A stretch of DNA of 63,970 bases, the filler included, from Octopus bimaculoides (taxonomy: Eukaryota): assembly GCF_001194135.2 (NCBI RefSeq). It is 4 parts of 4 records of this genome, joined end to end, with 100 filler letters (N's around TTAATTAATTAA, not from the genome) between each part and the next. Parts side by side here need not be neighbours in the genome. Positions count along the whole stretch, not along the records: positions 19,986 to 51,600 come from NC_069005.1; 3 more parts are not named here. One strand, given 5' to 3'. Shown one piece after another: positions 37,853 to 49,714 of this stretch. The stretch's first letter is position 1; every line of letters begins with the position of its first letter. The position numbers and the translations under genes were made by a program. A model generated the notes under the pieces. That model saw only the letters and a list, made by a program, of their open reading frames with translations. It was not told the DNA's origin and did no database searches.

Positions 37853-37930
37853 CTGTTCTTCATTTAAGTTGGTATCTTTACACAAAATGTTCATAAGGCC
37901 TGTACGACTTGGGGCTGCTATTGAAATAAT
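37853..37930 (-). CDS. GLTP: GLTP coding exon 5, 78 nt
   Basis: Strong pyrimidine tract ...tctctctctctttcaccAG, donor GTCGGT (weak consensus). Reads IISIAAPSRTGLMNILCKDTNLNEEQ, aligning to human AALYAAPYKSDFLKALSKGQNVTEEE (from memory). Phase 0 to phase 0. Confidence 0.88.
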
Positions 37931-38119
37931 CTGGTGAAAGAGAGAGAGAGAGAAATATTGAAAAGATTAACAGAAACAGCAATAACAACGGCAACAATGA
38001 AACAAGTTAGACACAAGCCAAAGCAAGAGCATCGAACTGATCTTGACCTGCTAGAAATAGCAGCCATATCCTCAAGGATATATTGAGTAATGAAATGCAG
38101 TCCTAAATATAGGCACAAG

Positions 38120-38695
38120 TGTGTCTATGTACTGAGAAGCTTGGTTCAGGGTTCTGTTCCACCTTGGGCAAGTGTGTTCTACTATAGCCTCGGGCTGACC
38201 AAAGCCTTATGAGTGTATTTGGTAGACAGAAACTGAAAGAAGCCGGCGAGCTGGCAGAAACATTAGCACGCCGGGCGAAATGCTCAGTGGTATTTCGTCT
38301 GCCGTTACGTTCTGAGTTCAAATTCTGCCGAGGTCGACTTAGCCTTTCATCCTTTCAGGGTCGATAAATTAAGTACCAGTTATGCACTGGGGTCGATGTA
38401 ATCGACTTAATCCCTTTGTCTGTCCTTGTTTGTCCCTTCTATGTTTAGCCCCTTGTGGGCAGTAAAGAAATAAGCCCATCATATATGTATGTGTGTAGTT
38501 GCTCCCTCCACTACCACTTGACAACTAGTGCTGGTTTGTTTATATCCCTGTAATTTAGCGATTCATTAAAAGAGACCAATAGAAATAGTACCAGGCTTTA
38601 AAAAAAAAAAAACTCTGAGCTTGATACATTTGACTAAAAATTCTTCAAGGCAGTGCCCCAGCATGGCTACAGTCTAATGACTGAAACAAGTAAAA
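38120..38695 (+). mobile_element. SINE family A with nested full-length SINE family B (about 38246-38471)
   Basis: Family A head ends ...gaaagaagcc, the family B body follows, then aagcc and the family A tail resume. Confidence 0.85.
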
Positions 38696-39010
38696 AACAG
38701 AGATACTTTATATGAATACAGGGCATGTTACAGTTGGAAGACCTGATCATAGTTGTCTAACATGGACAACTGGATCGAAACTGACCTGAGGATAAAGAAT
38801 GACATATGAGAGAGAACTTGGTTGTTAATTCTATCAGATCAAACTCTCTTATACGGTAGTTAGTTCTACTATTACTGTTGACTTCAGTTATCTCATCACA
38901 GTTTTCAAATGGTTCACTTTAGTTTGAGTTCATTCATTCCATAAGATTTTAATCTGGTTTTGGGTTCCATCCCATTGTGTGGCTCCTTGGGCAAATGTTT
39001 TCTACAATAC

Positions 39011-39270
39011 TGTGTGGTACCATGTAAAAGTGCCTGTGCAGTACCACGTAAAAGCACCTGTGCAGTACCATGTAAAAGCACCTGTGCAGTACCACGTAAA
39101 AACACCTATGCAGTACCACATAAAAGCACCTGTGCAGTACCCCATAAAAGCACCTGTGTGATACCACGTAAAAGCACCTGTGTGGTACCACATAAAAGTG
39201 CCTGTGCGGTACCACGTAAAAGCACCTGTGTGGTACCATGTAAAAGTGCTTGTGTGCTACCATGTAAAAG
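39011..39270. repeat. Second 24-bp array (about 11 units) inside a degenerate SINE A
   Basis: Same unit, starts at 39021+24n through 39261. Flanked by SINE A sequence on both sides. Confidence 0.95.
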
Positions 39271-39548
39271 ACAGAAATTGTGTGGAAGCCCATTATGAGT
39301 GTGTGTGTGTTGCATAATTCTTGATGTGAAACCATGTGTTGAAACAAATGTTATATTTTTCACTAGCTTGGCAGTTAAATACCCAATATGGCAGAGAAAA
39401 AAAGAAAAACAAAGAACTCAAATGGGTTTATATTCAATATACAAAAATTAAAAAGAAAATGGAGATTTACGATTGACACATTAAAAAATGAGTGAATGAA
39501 AGACAGAGCAAATGAATGAAAGCAGAAAAAATAATAGTAATTCCTTAC

Positions 39549-39699
39549 TGGAAATAGTTTCTGTACAAGCCATCCGTGGTATCGACTAAGTGTTTCCTCA
39601 TAGGATTTTTGAATGAGTGGATGTAGTGATTGAGATGTGTTTCCAGCTTTGTGTTCTTCCAAAAATCCAGACAGAAAAACATGTATGAATTCTAGAGCT
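39549..39699 (-). CDS. GLTP: GLTP coding exon (homologous to vertebrate exon 4), 151 nt
   Basis: Acceptor ...tttctacttttAG, donor GTAAGG. Reads (R)ALEFIHVFLSGFLEEHKAGNTSQSLHPLIQKSYEETLSRYHGWLVQKLFP, with the YxxxLxxYHGWxVQKxF motif. Phase 2 to phase 0. Confidence 0.96.
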
Positions 39700-40151
39700 C
39701 TAAAAGTAGAAATAACACCATCATCAGACTCATCAATGCATTTACGTCCAAATTTTTATGCTGGCATGAATTAGATAAAACTTAGTGAAGCGGATATTCT
39801 TTGGCCAAATGCTCTTTCGGTCAACAACCTCTTGTTTTCAAATAATGTATTTTTATCTTCCAACTGATCTTCAAACATTGAAAGCAGTAAAGCTAATGAA
39901 CAAGGTTTTTGTTTACTAGAAAACATACAAAACATCAATATTAATGAAGACACAAAATCACACATTCTCTTTCTTCCACTTTCATGAACATACATACACA
40001 CAAAAGGTATCCACACAGTTTTCATCTACCAATTTCATTTACAAGGAATTGGCCAAACAGAGACAAGAGTAGATTAGTAGATACTTGTCCAAGCTGTCAT
40101 GCAGTGGGACCAAACCTCAAACAGTAGGATATGAAAGGAACTTTGCAACCA

Positions 40152-41382
40152 CGTTGGCAAGAAAGTAATTTGGTTATTTTAGTATGAAGTCATTTTTTTT
40201 CATACAAAGAATGGACGTTAATCAATTATATGTTTTCCATTTTGTTCAATGGCCTTTTGCCATCTTTCTGGCAACTTCATGATTCCATGCTCTGCAAGTG
40301 GAATTTAAGGTCATCATCATTATTGAAAGTTTTACAATTCAAAGAATCTTGCAAACTTCAAAATAAATGGTAATCTGATGATGCAAGGTCAGGGCTATAT
40401 GGTGGATGTGACATGGCTTCCCAACCAAGTTCCAATAATTTTTCATGAGTTAGTAAAGACATGTGTGGTCTAGTATTGTCATGGTGGAATACAATTCCTT
40501 TATAATTTGCCAATTCTGGCTGTTTTTCTTTGATTGCTTTCCCCAGTTTCATTAGTTGTTGACAATAAACATCTGAATCGATCGTTTGGTTCCTTGAAAG
40601 CAGCTCAAAATACGCAACACCTCTGTAATCCAACCAAATTGACAGCATGACCTTTTTTTGATGCAATTCACCTTTTGATGTGGTTTGTGCTGGCTCATTA
40701 CGCTTGGGCCATGATCGTTTCCAAAGGAAAATGAATTGTTTACAATAATATCAATCACCAGTGATGATTTCTTTCAAAAAAAAAAAAAAAAAAAAAAAAA
40801 AAGGCCAATTTCATTGCATTTGAGATGAATATTGCAAATATTGACTCTTTGTGTTAATTGAATCTCTTTCAATTTATGTGGAACCCAAATATCGAGCTTC
40901 TTAACAAATCCAAGACATTTAAAATTATTTTCAATTGTTGTGTGATACATATAACGTCTCTGCAATCTATCGCACAGTTATATGACAATCAAATTCAATA
41001 ATGGCTTTGATTCAGTCATCATCAACTTCAGTAGGTCAACCAGAACATTGGTCATCTTTGAGTAAAAAAATCTCCAGAACGGAATTTCTTATATCATTTC
41101 TGACATGTGCATTCTGTTAAGCAATCAACACCATAAACTTCACATATCTTTTTGTGAGTCTCAGTAGCTTTCTTGCCTTTATGGAAATAAAAAAACCAAA
41201 ATATGGTGAAAATGTTTGTTTTTTGCACTCAATGTTAAAATTGACACTGAACTAACAGTAAGCTAAAAGGAACAGCTTTCAAATGTCAAAAGGTAAAAAA
41301 ATCATAACATTGACAAAAGTCATTAAAAAAAAAGTAACTATTTACGAAAAATGAAATAATGAAATTAGTTTCTTGCCAACCC
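40152..41382 (-). mobile_element. Near full-length degraded mariner (DD34D)
   Basis: TIR gttggcaagaaa(g/c)taatt at both ends. Reads FHHDNTRPH...HPPYSPDLASSDYHLF, and a WVPHKL-like motif in the 40774-40965 ORF. Multiple frameshifts. Confidence 0.92.
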
Positions 41383-41417
<35 letters not shown>

Positions 41418-42066
41418 CTATATATATGCACACGCGCATACATACATATAGTTCAAATGTACAGAAAACAAAAGACAGAGACAGGTGAGGGAATAGCAAG
41501 CAGGTGTATTAATTTGACTCCCAGGAGAAATGGAAGTCTTTGATATTTTGAGCCTATGCTCTTTGACAGAAAAAGATGAAAGGTAAAAAATGGAGAGATA
41601 ATGAAAAAAATTAACAATTTGGGATTAACAGTTCTACATATTGAAGTGACCGGAATAAAAGAAGCCAATGAAAAGGAAGATAACAGTGACTCAGCCGAAC
41701 TGGGTGCTCAAGTGCATGTGTGTGTGTGTGTGGGGGTGAACATAAGATTAGCACTCCACACAAATGCATACTATTAATGTAGTTCTCGGGGGGGGGGGGG
41801 AATTCAGCATAACAGTGTGACAAGGCTGACCCTTTGAATTACAGGTACAATTCATTTTCCGTCAGCTGAGTGAACTGGAGCAATGAGAAATAAAGTGTCT
41901 TGCTCAAGGAAGAAAGCATTGCAAAACAAAGAGAGGGAAAAACATAAAAGGTGAGGATGACATACAAGAGGAAAGACATATTGCAAGGCAAGAGGAAGCA
42001 AACACCAGCTGACTAGAATTAAATTTATACTGGACAAAATACAGTTGGAGTGCCTTAAATGATTAC

Positions 42067-42188
42067 CTCTTCAACCAGAGTCCACTGATACCAGCATAGT
42101 TTGTTGTCTTGTTCTCTTGTTCATCCAAGAACATCGCTTCAATGTGGGAGAAGGTAACAGGGTCTGTGTTATACTTGGTTTGTAGTTT
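42067..42188 (-). CDS. GLTP: GLTP coding exon (homologous to vertebrate exon 3), 122 nt
   Basis: Acceptor ...caactctacAG, donor GTAATC. Reads KLQTKYNTDPVTFSHIEAMFLDEQENKTTNYAGISGLWLK(R), containing the LWLKR motif. Phase 0 to phase 2. Confidence 0.95.
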
Positions 42189-42249
42189 CTGTAGAGTTGA
42201 GACAATTGAAACACTTGAATTTATGAAGAACATATACAATGATGTAAAC

Positions 42250-44994
42250 CAGCGGTTCCCAACCTTTTTGTCGTTATAGCCCACTTTTCCACACACAAAA
42301 GTTCCCATTGCCCACCTGTGCAGTAATTTTTAGGATGCAAAAATAAAGCATATTCAGAACGATTGCTTAAAAAATGAAATATTTATTGAGATGAAATATT
42401 GCAAAATGGGCATTCGGAGTTGAAATGTTATTCAGAAGAATGAAGTTTTTGATTGCTAAATGTTTCTCAATGAAATAAAATTGAAAAATGATACATGTAT
42501 TAAATGTTCAACAAACTTACCATGTTCAGCTTTCAGTGTGATCCTTGAGGCTTATGCGATGCAGCTAGTGCAGACACATTTGGTTGCAAATTTGTCAATT
42601 TTAATCACAAGTCTCCTCGTTTGGCTACATCCAGTCCACTTCTGCTTTTAGAAAGTTAAGTACCATCGTGACTGAAACCAGATTCGACCAAGTACAACGT
42701 TGGGAAGGCAAGCAAAATTAATTTCAAATGCTTCCATAAGTTTGGGTAAGAATTCAATATACCTTGATGATACCACAAGCCTTCTTTACCATGAAACCGA
42801 TATCACATTGTGGCCTCATTATGATTTTGCAATTCAATTAGCTCCTGAATGTCGTCTTTGCAATAGACTGCTTGGACTTCAAACGGTTTGCTATACCAAT
42901 TTGAAATATTCAATGTAATAACATCTTGAAATCGCTCCATTGTGTCATCATGCAATGATTGTAGATAGTCCCAATAGGTAACAATATCCTCATCAACCAA
43001 CTCATCTTTCAAAAAATCTAGTTGTGGAAATTGATGCAATTGACGTTTAGAAATGTTTATTTTATACAGGACCAATTTCGAAATGAAGGCAGTGATAAAT
43101 GATTTACAGTCGACAAGAGTTTTTTGCTTTTCTTGCAACAACTTAATCAAATTTAGTGAATATATCGCTCAGAAAAAAAATATCATGCTTTGCAGCTATT
43201 AATGAAGCCAACAGAGGAGTACTTTCAAAAAAAGATATGATCACATGAAACAGTTCAACAAAGCGAATAACACAGTTGCTCTTTGACAGCCATCGTACTC
43301 CGGTATAGTACAGAAGTTTTACAAAGTCATCATCATTATCCAGACACAGTTGATGGAAAATTCGATCTGACAAGGAATTCGATTTCAGTTTATTCACAGT
43401 TTTGAAAACCAACTGCAGTGCATCATTCAATTTGACCATTGATATTTTTTGCCACTAAATGTTGTCAGTGTATCACACAATGAACTATTAAAAATCTGTT
43501 GAGAAATTTCACACTTTAGGAGAGATGAAAAAAACCTCTGTATCTTCCAACCATAGAAGGGGCCCCATCAGACGCACAGGCAATAATATTGGTCAGTGGG
43601 ATATGATGTTCAGAAAGGAAATGCTTAAGCATATTGAAAATAGATGTACTTTTTGAATCAAGCAGCATGTTCTCTGTGAACAGCATTTCCTCACAAGGTT
43701 GAAGGTATTCATTGAAATATTGAACATAAACCATCATCAAACAGTGGTTATCTATAACCGTTGACTCATCCACTTGTATAGAAAATTCAGAACACTGGAG
43801 AATTTGAATGAGTTGAAGACATTCGTGGCCATTTCATCTATTCATCAAGAAATTGTATTGTTACTAAGTGGAATTTTCTTGATAATTGTGTCAGACTTCT
43901 TGTGCATTACAGTTGACAGAACTTCTTAAATGACAGGTCAAAGCAATGTTTCTCCTATAGTGTGGGACTTCCCGGTCTTTGCAGCCAGTAATGCAATATT
44001 GTACAATGCAATCGTACCATCATTTTCCTGTACAGTTGCTTCCATAAACATCATGTTCAGTGTTTTCTGCTTTTCGAAAGAGGCCTTAAGTTGAAAAAAA
44101 ATGACAATGGTTTGTCTTTTTTATCAGAATGCTTAGAATCAAAATGATATTTCAAGTGCAAAGGTTTCATAGCTTCATTGCTCAAAGTTTGCTGGCATAG
44201 AAGACACATGGGAAATTGATAGTTCTAAAGAGAAGCAATGAATCCATATGATAAATAATTAATGCTGTACTGGTGACAAGTTTTCTTTACTGGAGGCATC
44301 AGGAAAGTTAAAATTCAGAAAAAGAATATATAGAAGCAGAATCAGCAAAGGCAGAAATTCATGATGCATGCTGATATGTGTGCATCCAATGCAAGTGGAG
44401 TGACGTGGTTAATGGGTCTGGTCACTACTTCTGATCTGATCTGAGAATAGCCCTAAAAAGGACTGTTATCATATATGATAAGGATGAACGGACGAGCAAA
44501 CAACATATTGTTCATTCAATGATTTCTTCCATACATGAAGCGGCAATACAGAAGTACAAGGAGTGTATGAGCAGCAGAGGAGAGAAACGATGATATGCAA
44601 GCAGGGTCTGTTAAAGGTCAACTGGCGAAATCGTTTGAAGCCACTCTATTTATGCCAAAATAATCGTTTGATGTTTAGACACTGTGTAGGTGTTTTATTT
44701 TGGTGATTGAAGGATTGTTTGTCTCACTAGGATGAGGGAGCTAGGTAGCAGATAGTGTTGTTTGCTTCATTAAGCAGATTGATAGGGTTGTTTATTTCAC
44801 TGGTAAGGACAGATGAATTACAATCATACAGCTGGATACTACTTCCATAGTTTAGACTAGGGAAAACATAATTACCAAAAATCCTTTATCACCCACCAAA
44901 ATTTTAATTACTGAAAATCCTTTATCGTCCACCATTTCCTAAAAGTTCGTTCATCGCCCACCAGTGGGCGATATCGCCAGGTTGGGAAACCCTG
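42250..44994 (-). mobile_element. Full-length hAT transposon, Buster/Charlie group, fossil transposase (about 42457-44299)
   Basis: TIRs cagcggttcccaacc and cagggtttcccaacc. Perfect 8-bp TSD atgtaaac (42242-42249 and 44995-45002) with central TA. Reads MPPVKKTCHQYSINYLSYGF...CLLCQQTLSNEAMKP, DESTVID...MVYVQY, CASDGAPSMVG and LLYYTGVRWLSK. Confidence 0.95.
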
Positions 44995-45846
44995 ATGTAA
45001 ACATACCATACAGCCACTGACTTTTTCCTTCTTGTATCCAGGTCAAGCTAACCCCAACCCAGCAAAAATATGATCAAAGAAAAAAAAAAAAAAAACTCTA
45101 GCACTGGGCCTCATCTTTTACTTTGGTGGCAGGAGTCAATAAAGAACCAGTCAAGTACTGGAATTGGTTTATCTTGTCTCATTCTCCCCCTTGAATCAAC
45201 TGTACAGAGGGGAAGAGTGACCATGTCAAGGGAGCCACCAATCTTTCCACTACCACTTTGTGCACTTGATAAGAGAAACTGGGTAATGTGGTCTCCAGAT
45301 ATGCAATAATGAGAGGCTGACAGGAATGGTCAGGCTGGAAGACTTTTAATTGTAAGTCTGCTTGATCAAAGAACTACCTTGAAGCTAAACAAAAAGTCCA
45401 AATTACATGCCTGTCACTGAGGGCACTGCCCCTTCACTATTCAATGGTGCACTCTCAGATTTACTCTACTTTAGCATTATTACAAGTAAGTGTCCACCCA
45501 GAATATTCTGAAGTACCCCACGTACCAAAGTCTGGCAGCAGGTCTGCCAAATCACAAAATAGTCATAGTAACATTTAAATTGTTAATTTTACATCTATTT
45601 TTCTATGTTAGGATGGGTTAGATGAGTAATTATTCTGAGGTAGTATTTTTATGATTAAGTATTCTTCTTGTCACCAACACTCATCTATTTTACAAGCAAG
45701 GTATTTTAATTTTTTTAATTTTACTCCTACAGGTGTGCAGAGCTATAAGAACAATGTTCACAGGGAATATAAACACAAGGATGTTGTTTCTTCAGTCAGA
45801 CACTCTCATAGGAAACATAGAAATGACAACTTACACACACACGTGT

Positions 45847-46250
45847 ATCTATACACACAGTACTGAACCTCTTATTAACCCTCCAGAAATTTGGAATTAT
45901 CAAAACCCAGCTATTTTTGAAATTGGCTAGTTTTGAATTTCTTGGGCTAGCTGTAAATTCAACACATGGCCACTTAATTTTGGTTTCCATGACACATGTC
46001 TAACAGGGCCAGTTCCAGTGTGGCTATGGCTGTGTAGCAGGTAATCCTCTCTCAGCTATGTATTTGTTTGTGTGAATTTATTATAACTCATTCATAACCA
46101 TGTCTAAATGGCTAATAGAAAAGTGAAAAGGGAACATTTAGTGCTCAACATAATGAAGAAAGTAGAGTACTCAAGAGATCTGATAAAGGTGCTTCTATAA
46201 GGCTCTTGAGAGAGAAGTATAGTGTTGGTACACCTACTATGTATGATATA
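45847..46250 (+). mobile_element. Tigger/pogo-like 5' fragment
   Basis: TIR-like cagtactgaacctc. Reads MANRKVKREHLVLNIMKKVE..KGASIRLLREKYSVGTPTMYDI (CENP-B/psq-type HTH). Confidence 0.55.
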
Positions 46251-46511
46251 TCTATACAGTGTATTTTTTTCAGTTTCCATCAACCAAATCCACTCACAAA
46301 GCTTCGGTTAGCCCAAGGTTATAATAGAAGACACTTGCCCAAGGTGCCACACAGTATAGTCAACATTTCAAACTTTCTTGCACTTTGGTTTGACATCTTC
46401 AACATCAGCAGTAACAATTTGCTTGACAACATATTACTTGACTCAACAATCTTTTCCTTATCAACTTTAAACCAAACGGCAGTCTGAATATATTAGAACT
46501 TGAACTCTTAC

Positions 46512-46567
46512 CTCAATGTTTCCAGAAATATCTGATCGAATTGGTGAGAAAGTAGTTCCAAAGCCTT
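46512..46567 (-). CDS. GLTP: GLTP coding exon (homologous to vertebrate exon 2), 56 nt
   Basis: Acceptor ...ttttcttttttattgcAG, donor GTAAGA. Reads (E)GFGTTFSPIRSDISGNIE, matching the GLTP motif FxPxxxDIxGNI (human DCLGSPVFTPIKADISGNIT, from memory). Phase 1 to phase 0. Confidence 0.93.
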
Positions 46568-47371
46568 CTGCAATAAAAAAGAAAATATTATCAGGACTAT
46601 AATTTCATTCACCAACATGACTATAACTTCAATCAGCAAATGAAAATAGAGTCTACCATTGAACAGGATAGAAGTCTTTTTCAGGTAACATGTCAGAGAG
46701 ATTTGATTGAGTTACTTGCCATTTTTATAGTGCAGCACTATTTATAACACTCACTTGCAGCTAGGTAGACTGGATAGTCAAGGCAGATAGACTAAGTTTT
46801 TATGTTAACATTAAAATGTCATGTTCATAGTTACAGTAGAATGCTGGTGACAAAGTATAAGCTACTAATCTCTCAGAAGCTCATCTGTTACCCAACCCAC
46901 TCAGCCATTCATATTCTTTCCAGACAATAAATACACAAATATAATTATAAAAGAGGTCTTATTCCACTTTGTAGCTGATGTTTAACACCCAGTCTGGTTC
47001 AGTAGACCTATGATCAAAGGCGTTCCAGCCATGAATATTCTATCTCTTTGTCAGGTATAATGTATTTAGGAATAATATAGGTTTTGAAACTGACCTACTT
47101 TCCATTACATTTCAGACAGATTCAGTACTGAGTTGCTGAAGCAGAAATATCATTATCGCGAATATTCTGCTCAATGCAACAGATTTGCTTGTCAGTTGCT
47201 TGACCTTAAACCACTTGATCATGTCTCTTAGGGGCTGACATCATGTGCATCTCTGATTATGATCAAGAGTAGTTAGGGAGCACCATAGCCATGTGTGGAA
47301 AAGGATTCTTTAGGGATTGAATGAATATAACAAAAGTAAAGATTGAAAGAAATATTAACTATTTTTCATAC

Positions 47372-47420
47372 CTTCCAAGGGTAAGCAAATAGGAAATAAC
47401 TTGCTACACAAGGACAAAAA
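47372..47420 (-). CDS. Candidate upstream GLTP exon (49 nt), uncertain
   Basis: Acceptor ...gtgtaacacAG, donor GTATGA, ends in phase 1 as required. Reads FLSLCSKLFPICLPLE(E), loosely like FLxxCxxxxPx of GLTP-fold helix 1, but about 4-5 residues too long and needs another upstream exon. Confidence 0.3.
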
Positions 47421-47454
47421 CTGTGTTACACAGTGTAATTAAAGAGAAAACTAA

Positions 47455-48715
47455 AAATATTATGTCTATCCATCTATTTTCTCTGCCTACTATTCCTAGG
47501 AGGGTTGTGCGAGGTAGAGTCCTCAGCCACCTCCTACATAGGGTCCTACCAGAAGCTACCATCATTAGATATTCTGAAACAAAAGCACCTGCAATTTTAG
47601 CATCAAATTCAACCTTCTGCTTTCTGTGAGTTGTGAATAAGGCGCTGAGATACTTAAAATGCTTCAATTGTTTCAGTGATGTCCCACTTACATGCAGAGT
47701 GCACTAAAAAGACTTTCTTGAGAGGACCAATGTCTCAGTCTTCGCAACACTAATTCTCATCCCTGCCTTGCAACTCTTGGCAATGAACCATTCAGTGCAT
47801 GTTTGAGATCACCTTCTGATGAGTCATGTAGTGCCATGTTGTTAGCAAATATCAGCTGACCAATTCTACACTCTTCAACTGAAATACCATTTCCACAATA
47901 GCTGTGCGTGTCAATCCAGTTCATAAAAATAATGAAAGAGTGAGGTGACAATATACACTCCATCAGAAGTCCAAACACTCACATTGAAAGGTTTCAACTT
48001 AAGACAATTTAATTGAAACATAGACATCTGGGCATTCATAGAGAGACTTCATGACAACCAGAAGTTGCTCATTAGTCCCAAACTCTTGCAAAACTCTCCA
48101 CAGCATGTCTTGTGGCATGTGATCATATGCTATTTTGAGCTCTACAACACAAGTGTAGACCTCTTGGCAATATTCCCATGACTTCTCAAAGACCTGCAAT
48201 AGAGTGATTATCTGGTCAGTTGTGCTGCATCCAAGATGGAAGCCACCCTGCTCTTCAGTTAGCTTGGAATCAACAATTTCCCTACATCTCTTTTCCAGAC
48301 TCTTAAGTGTCAACTTTACTAGAGAGGCTCAATAAAGAGATTCCTCTATAATTATAGCACTCTCTCATCTCTTTTTAAAAATTGGGATTATCACTCCAGA
48401 TTGCCATTGCTTTCGTATCTTTTCAGAGGTCCAAGGTACCTAGCACACAGGAGTCAGCCAGAAAACACCTTCTCTATTTTAGGCTTTTAATATTTCAGAC
48501 CAAATTTCATCCTCTCCAGCAGTGTTGTCAAATTTGAGCACTTTAACCACCTCTAACTTCAGCCTTTGAGGTTAGCATCCACCCCTAGATGCATCACATT
48601 TCCACCAAATTTTATTGAGACTGAATTGAGGAGAGCCCAGGGATGCTCTTCTCTGTAGAGAAGAGTTCTTAATTGGGATGTTCAAAAGAGTGCTTACTGT
48701 TACAAAGTCAGTAGA
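47455..48715 (-). mobile_element. Degraded RTE LINE reverse-transcriptase region
   Basis: Reads GVIIPIFK...NYRGISLLSL, EEQGGFHLGCSTTDQIITL...VELKIAYD, FGLLMECILSP and IFANNMAL. Confidence 0.88.
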
Positions 48716-49031
48716 AGCTCTGCCAGAATACTTTATTAATAAGGCGGCAAGCTAGCAGAAATGTTAACATGCCGGGTGAAATGCTTAGCGGTATTTCGTC
48801 TGAAGTCATTGGTATTTTAATCAAAATAAAACTAAATATTTATCATAAATTATATCTATTTTACCAATATCACACCCACACATAAAGACATATGAAATTA
48901 AATATTAAATTCTTGTTTTCAAAGTATTATCAGTCGAGTAACATTTATATATATTCTTTCATTTAATTTCCTTTCTTTTTAGTCCATTTTTCCATGCTTG
49001 TATGCACATGCATAGATGTATAAATATGTAC

Positions 49032-49065
<34 letters not shown>

Positions 49066-49067
<2 letters not shown>

Positions 49068-49410
49068 TAAGCAAGTTTGCTTCCCTACCACATAGTTGTG
49101 GATTCAGTCCCACTGTGTTACACCTTATGTAAGGTGTCATCTATTATAACCCCAGGGTGACCAAATACTTGTGAGTGGAATTGGTAAATGGAAGATGTAT
49201 ACATGTGTGTGTGTGTGTTTCTGTGTTTGTCTACCACATCTGCTTGACAACAGGTGTTGGTTTGTTTACATCCTTATAAATAAGAGGTTCAGCAAAAAGA
49301 AACCGCTAGAATGAATGCCAGGCTGAAAAAATACTGGGGTTGATTCATTAAACTAAAAACTTCGAAGTTGTGTCCCAGCATGGCCACAGTCTAATGATTG
49401 AAACAAGCAA
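49066..49410 (+). mobile_element. Older SINE family A copy
   Basis: Collinear with 60082-60482 but more diverged. Confidence 0.8.
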
Positions 49411-49714
49411 AACATAACTTATTGGGATATAATTGCTTTGGCACTCAGCTTACAAAGTCAATAATAAAAAAAGTTTTCTTTGTATAACAGACTTTTTTAA
49501 TTATTTCATCTAGGAATACCCTACTTAATCTAAGAAATGAGAAAAGTATTTCCTGTGTTCATGTGGGAAAATATGTATTTTCCAAATTTAAATAACTGAT
49601 TTATTATCTCTCTCACTGAAATACCGGTATATTCACTTTGAATCCCTAGCTCCACTAATATAAATTCCCTCCCCCATAATTACTACCTAAATAAATCACC
49701 TTTAATATTAATTT

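Noticed and set aside
40358-44299. Possible domesticated transposase genes (SETMAR-like, ZBED/FAM200-like)
   Set aside because: Both have TIRs, multiple frameshifts and stops, and the hAT has a TSD. They are fossils in GLTP introns.
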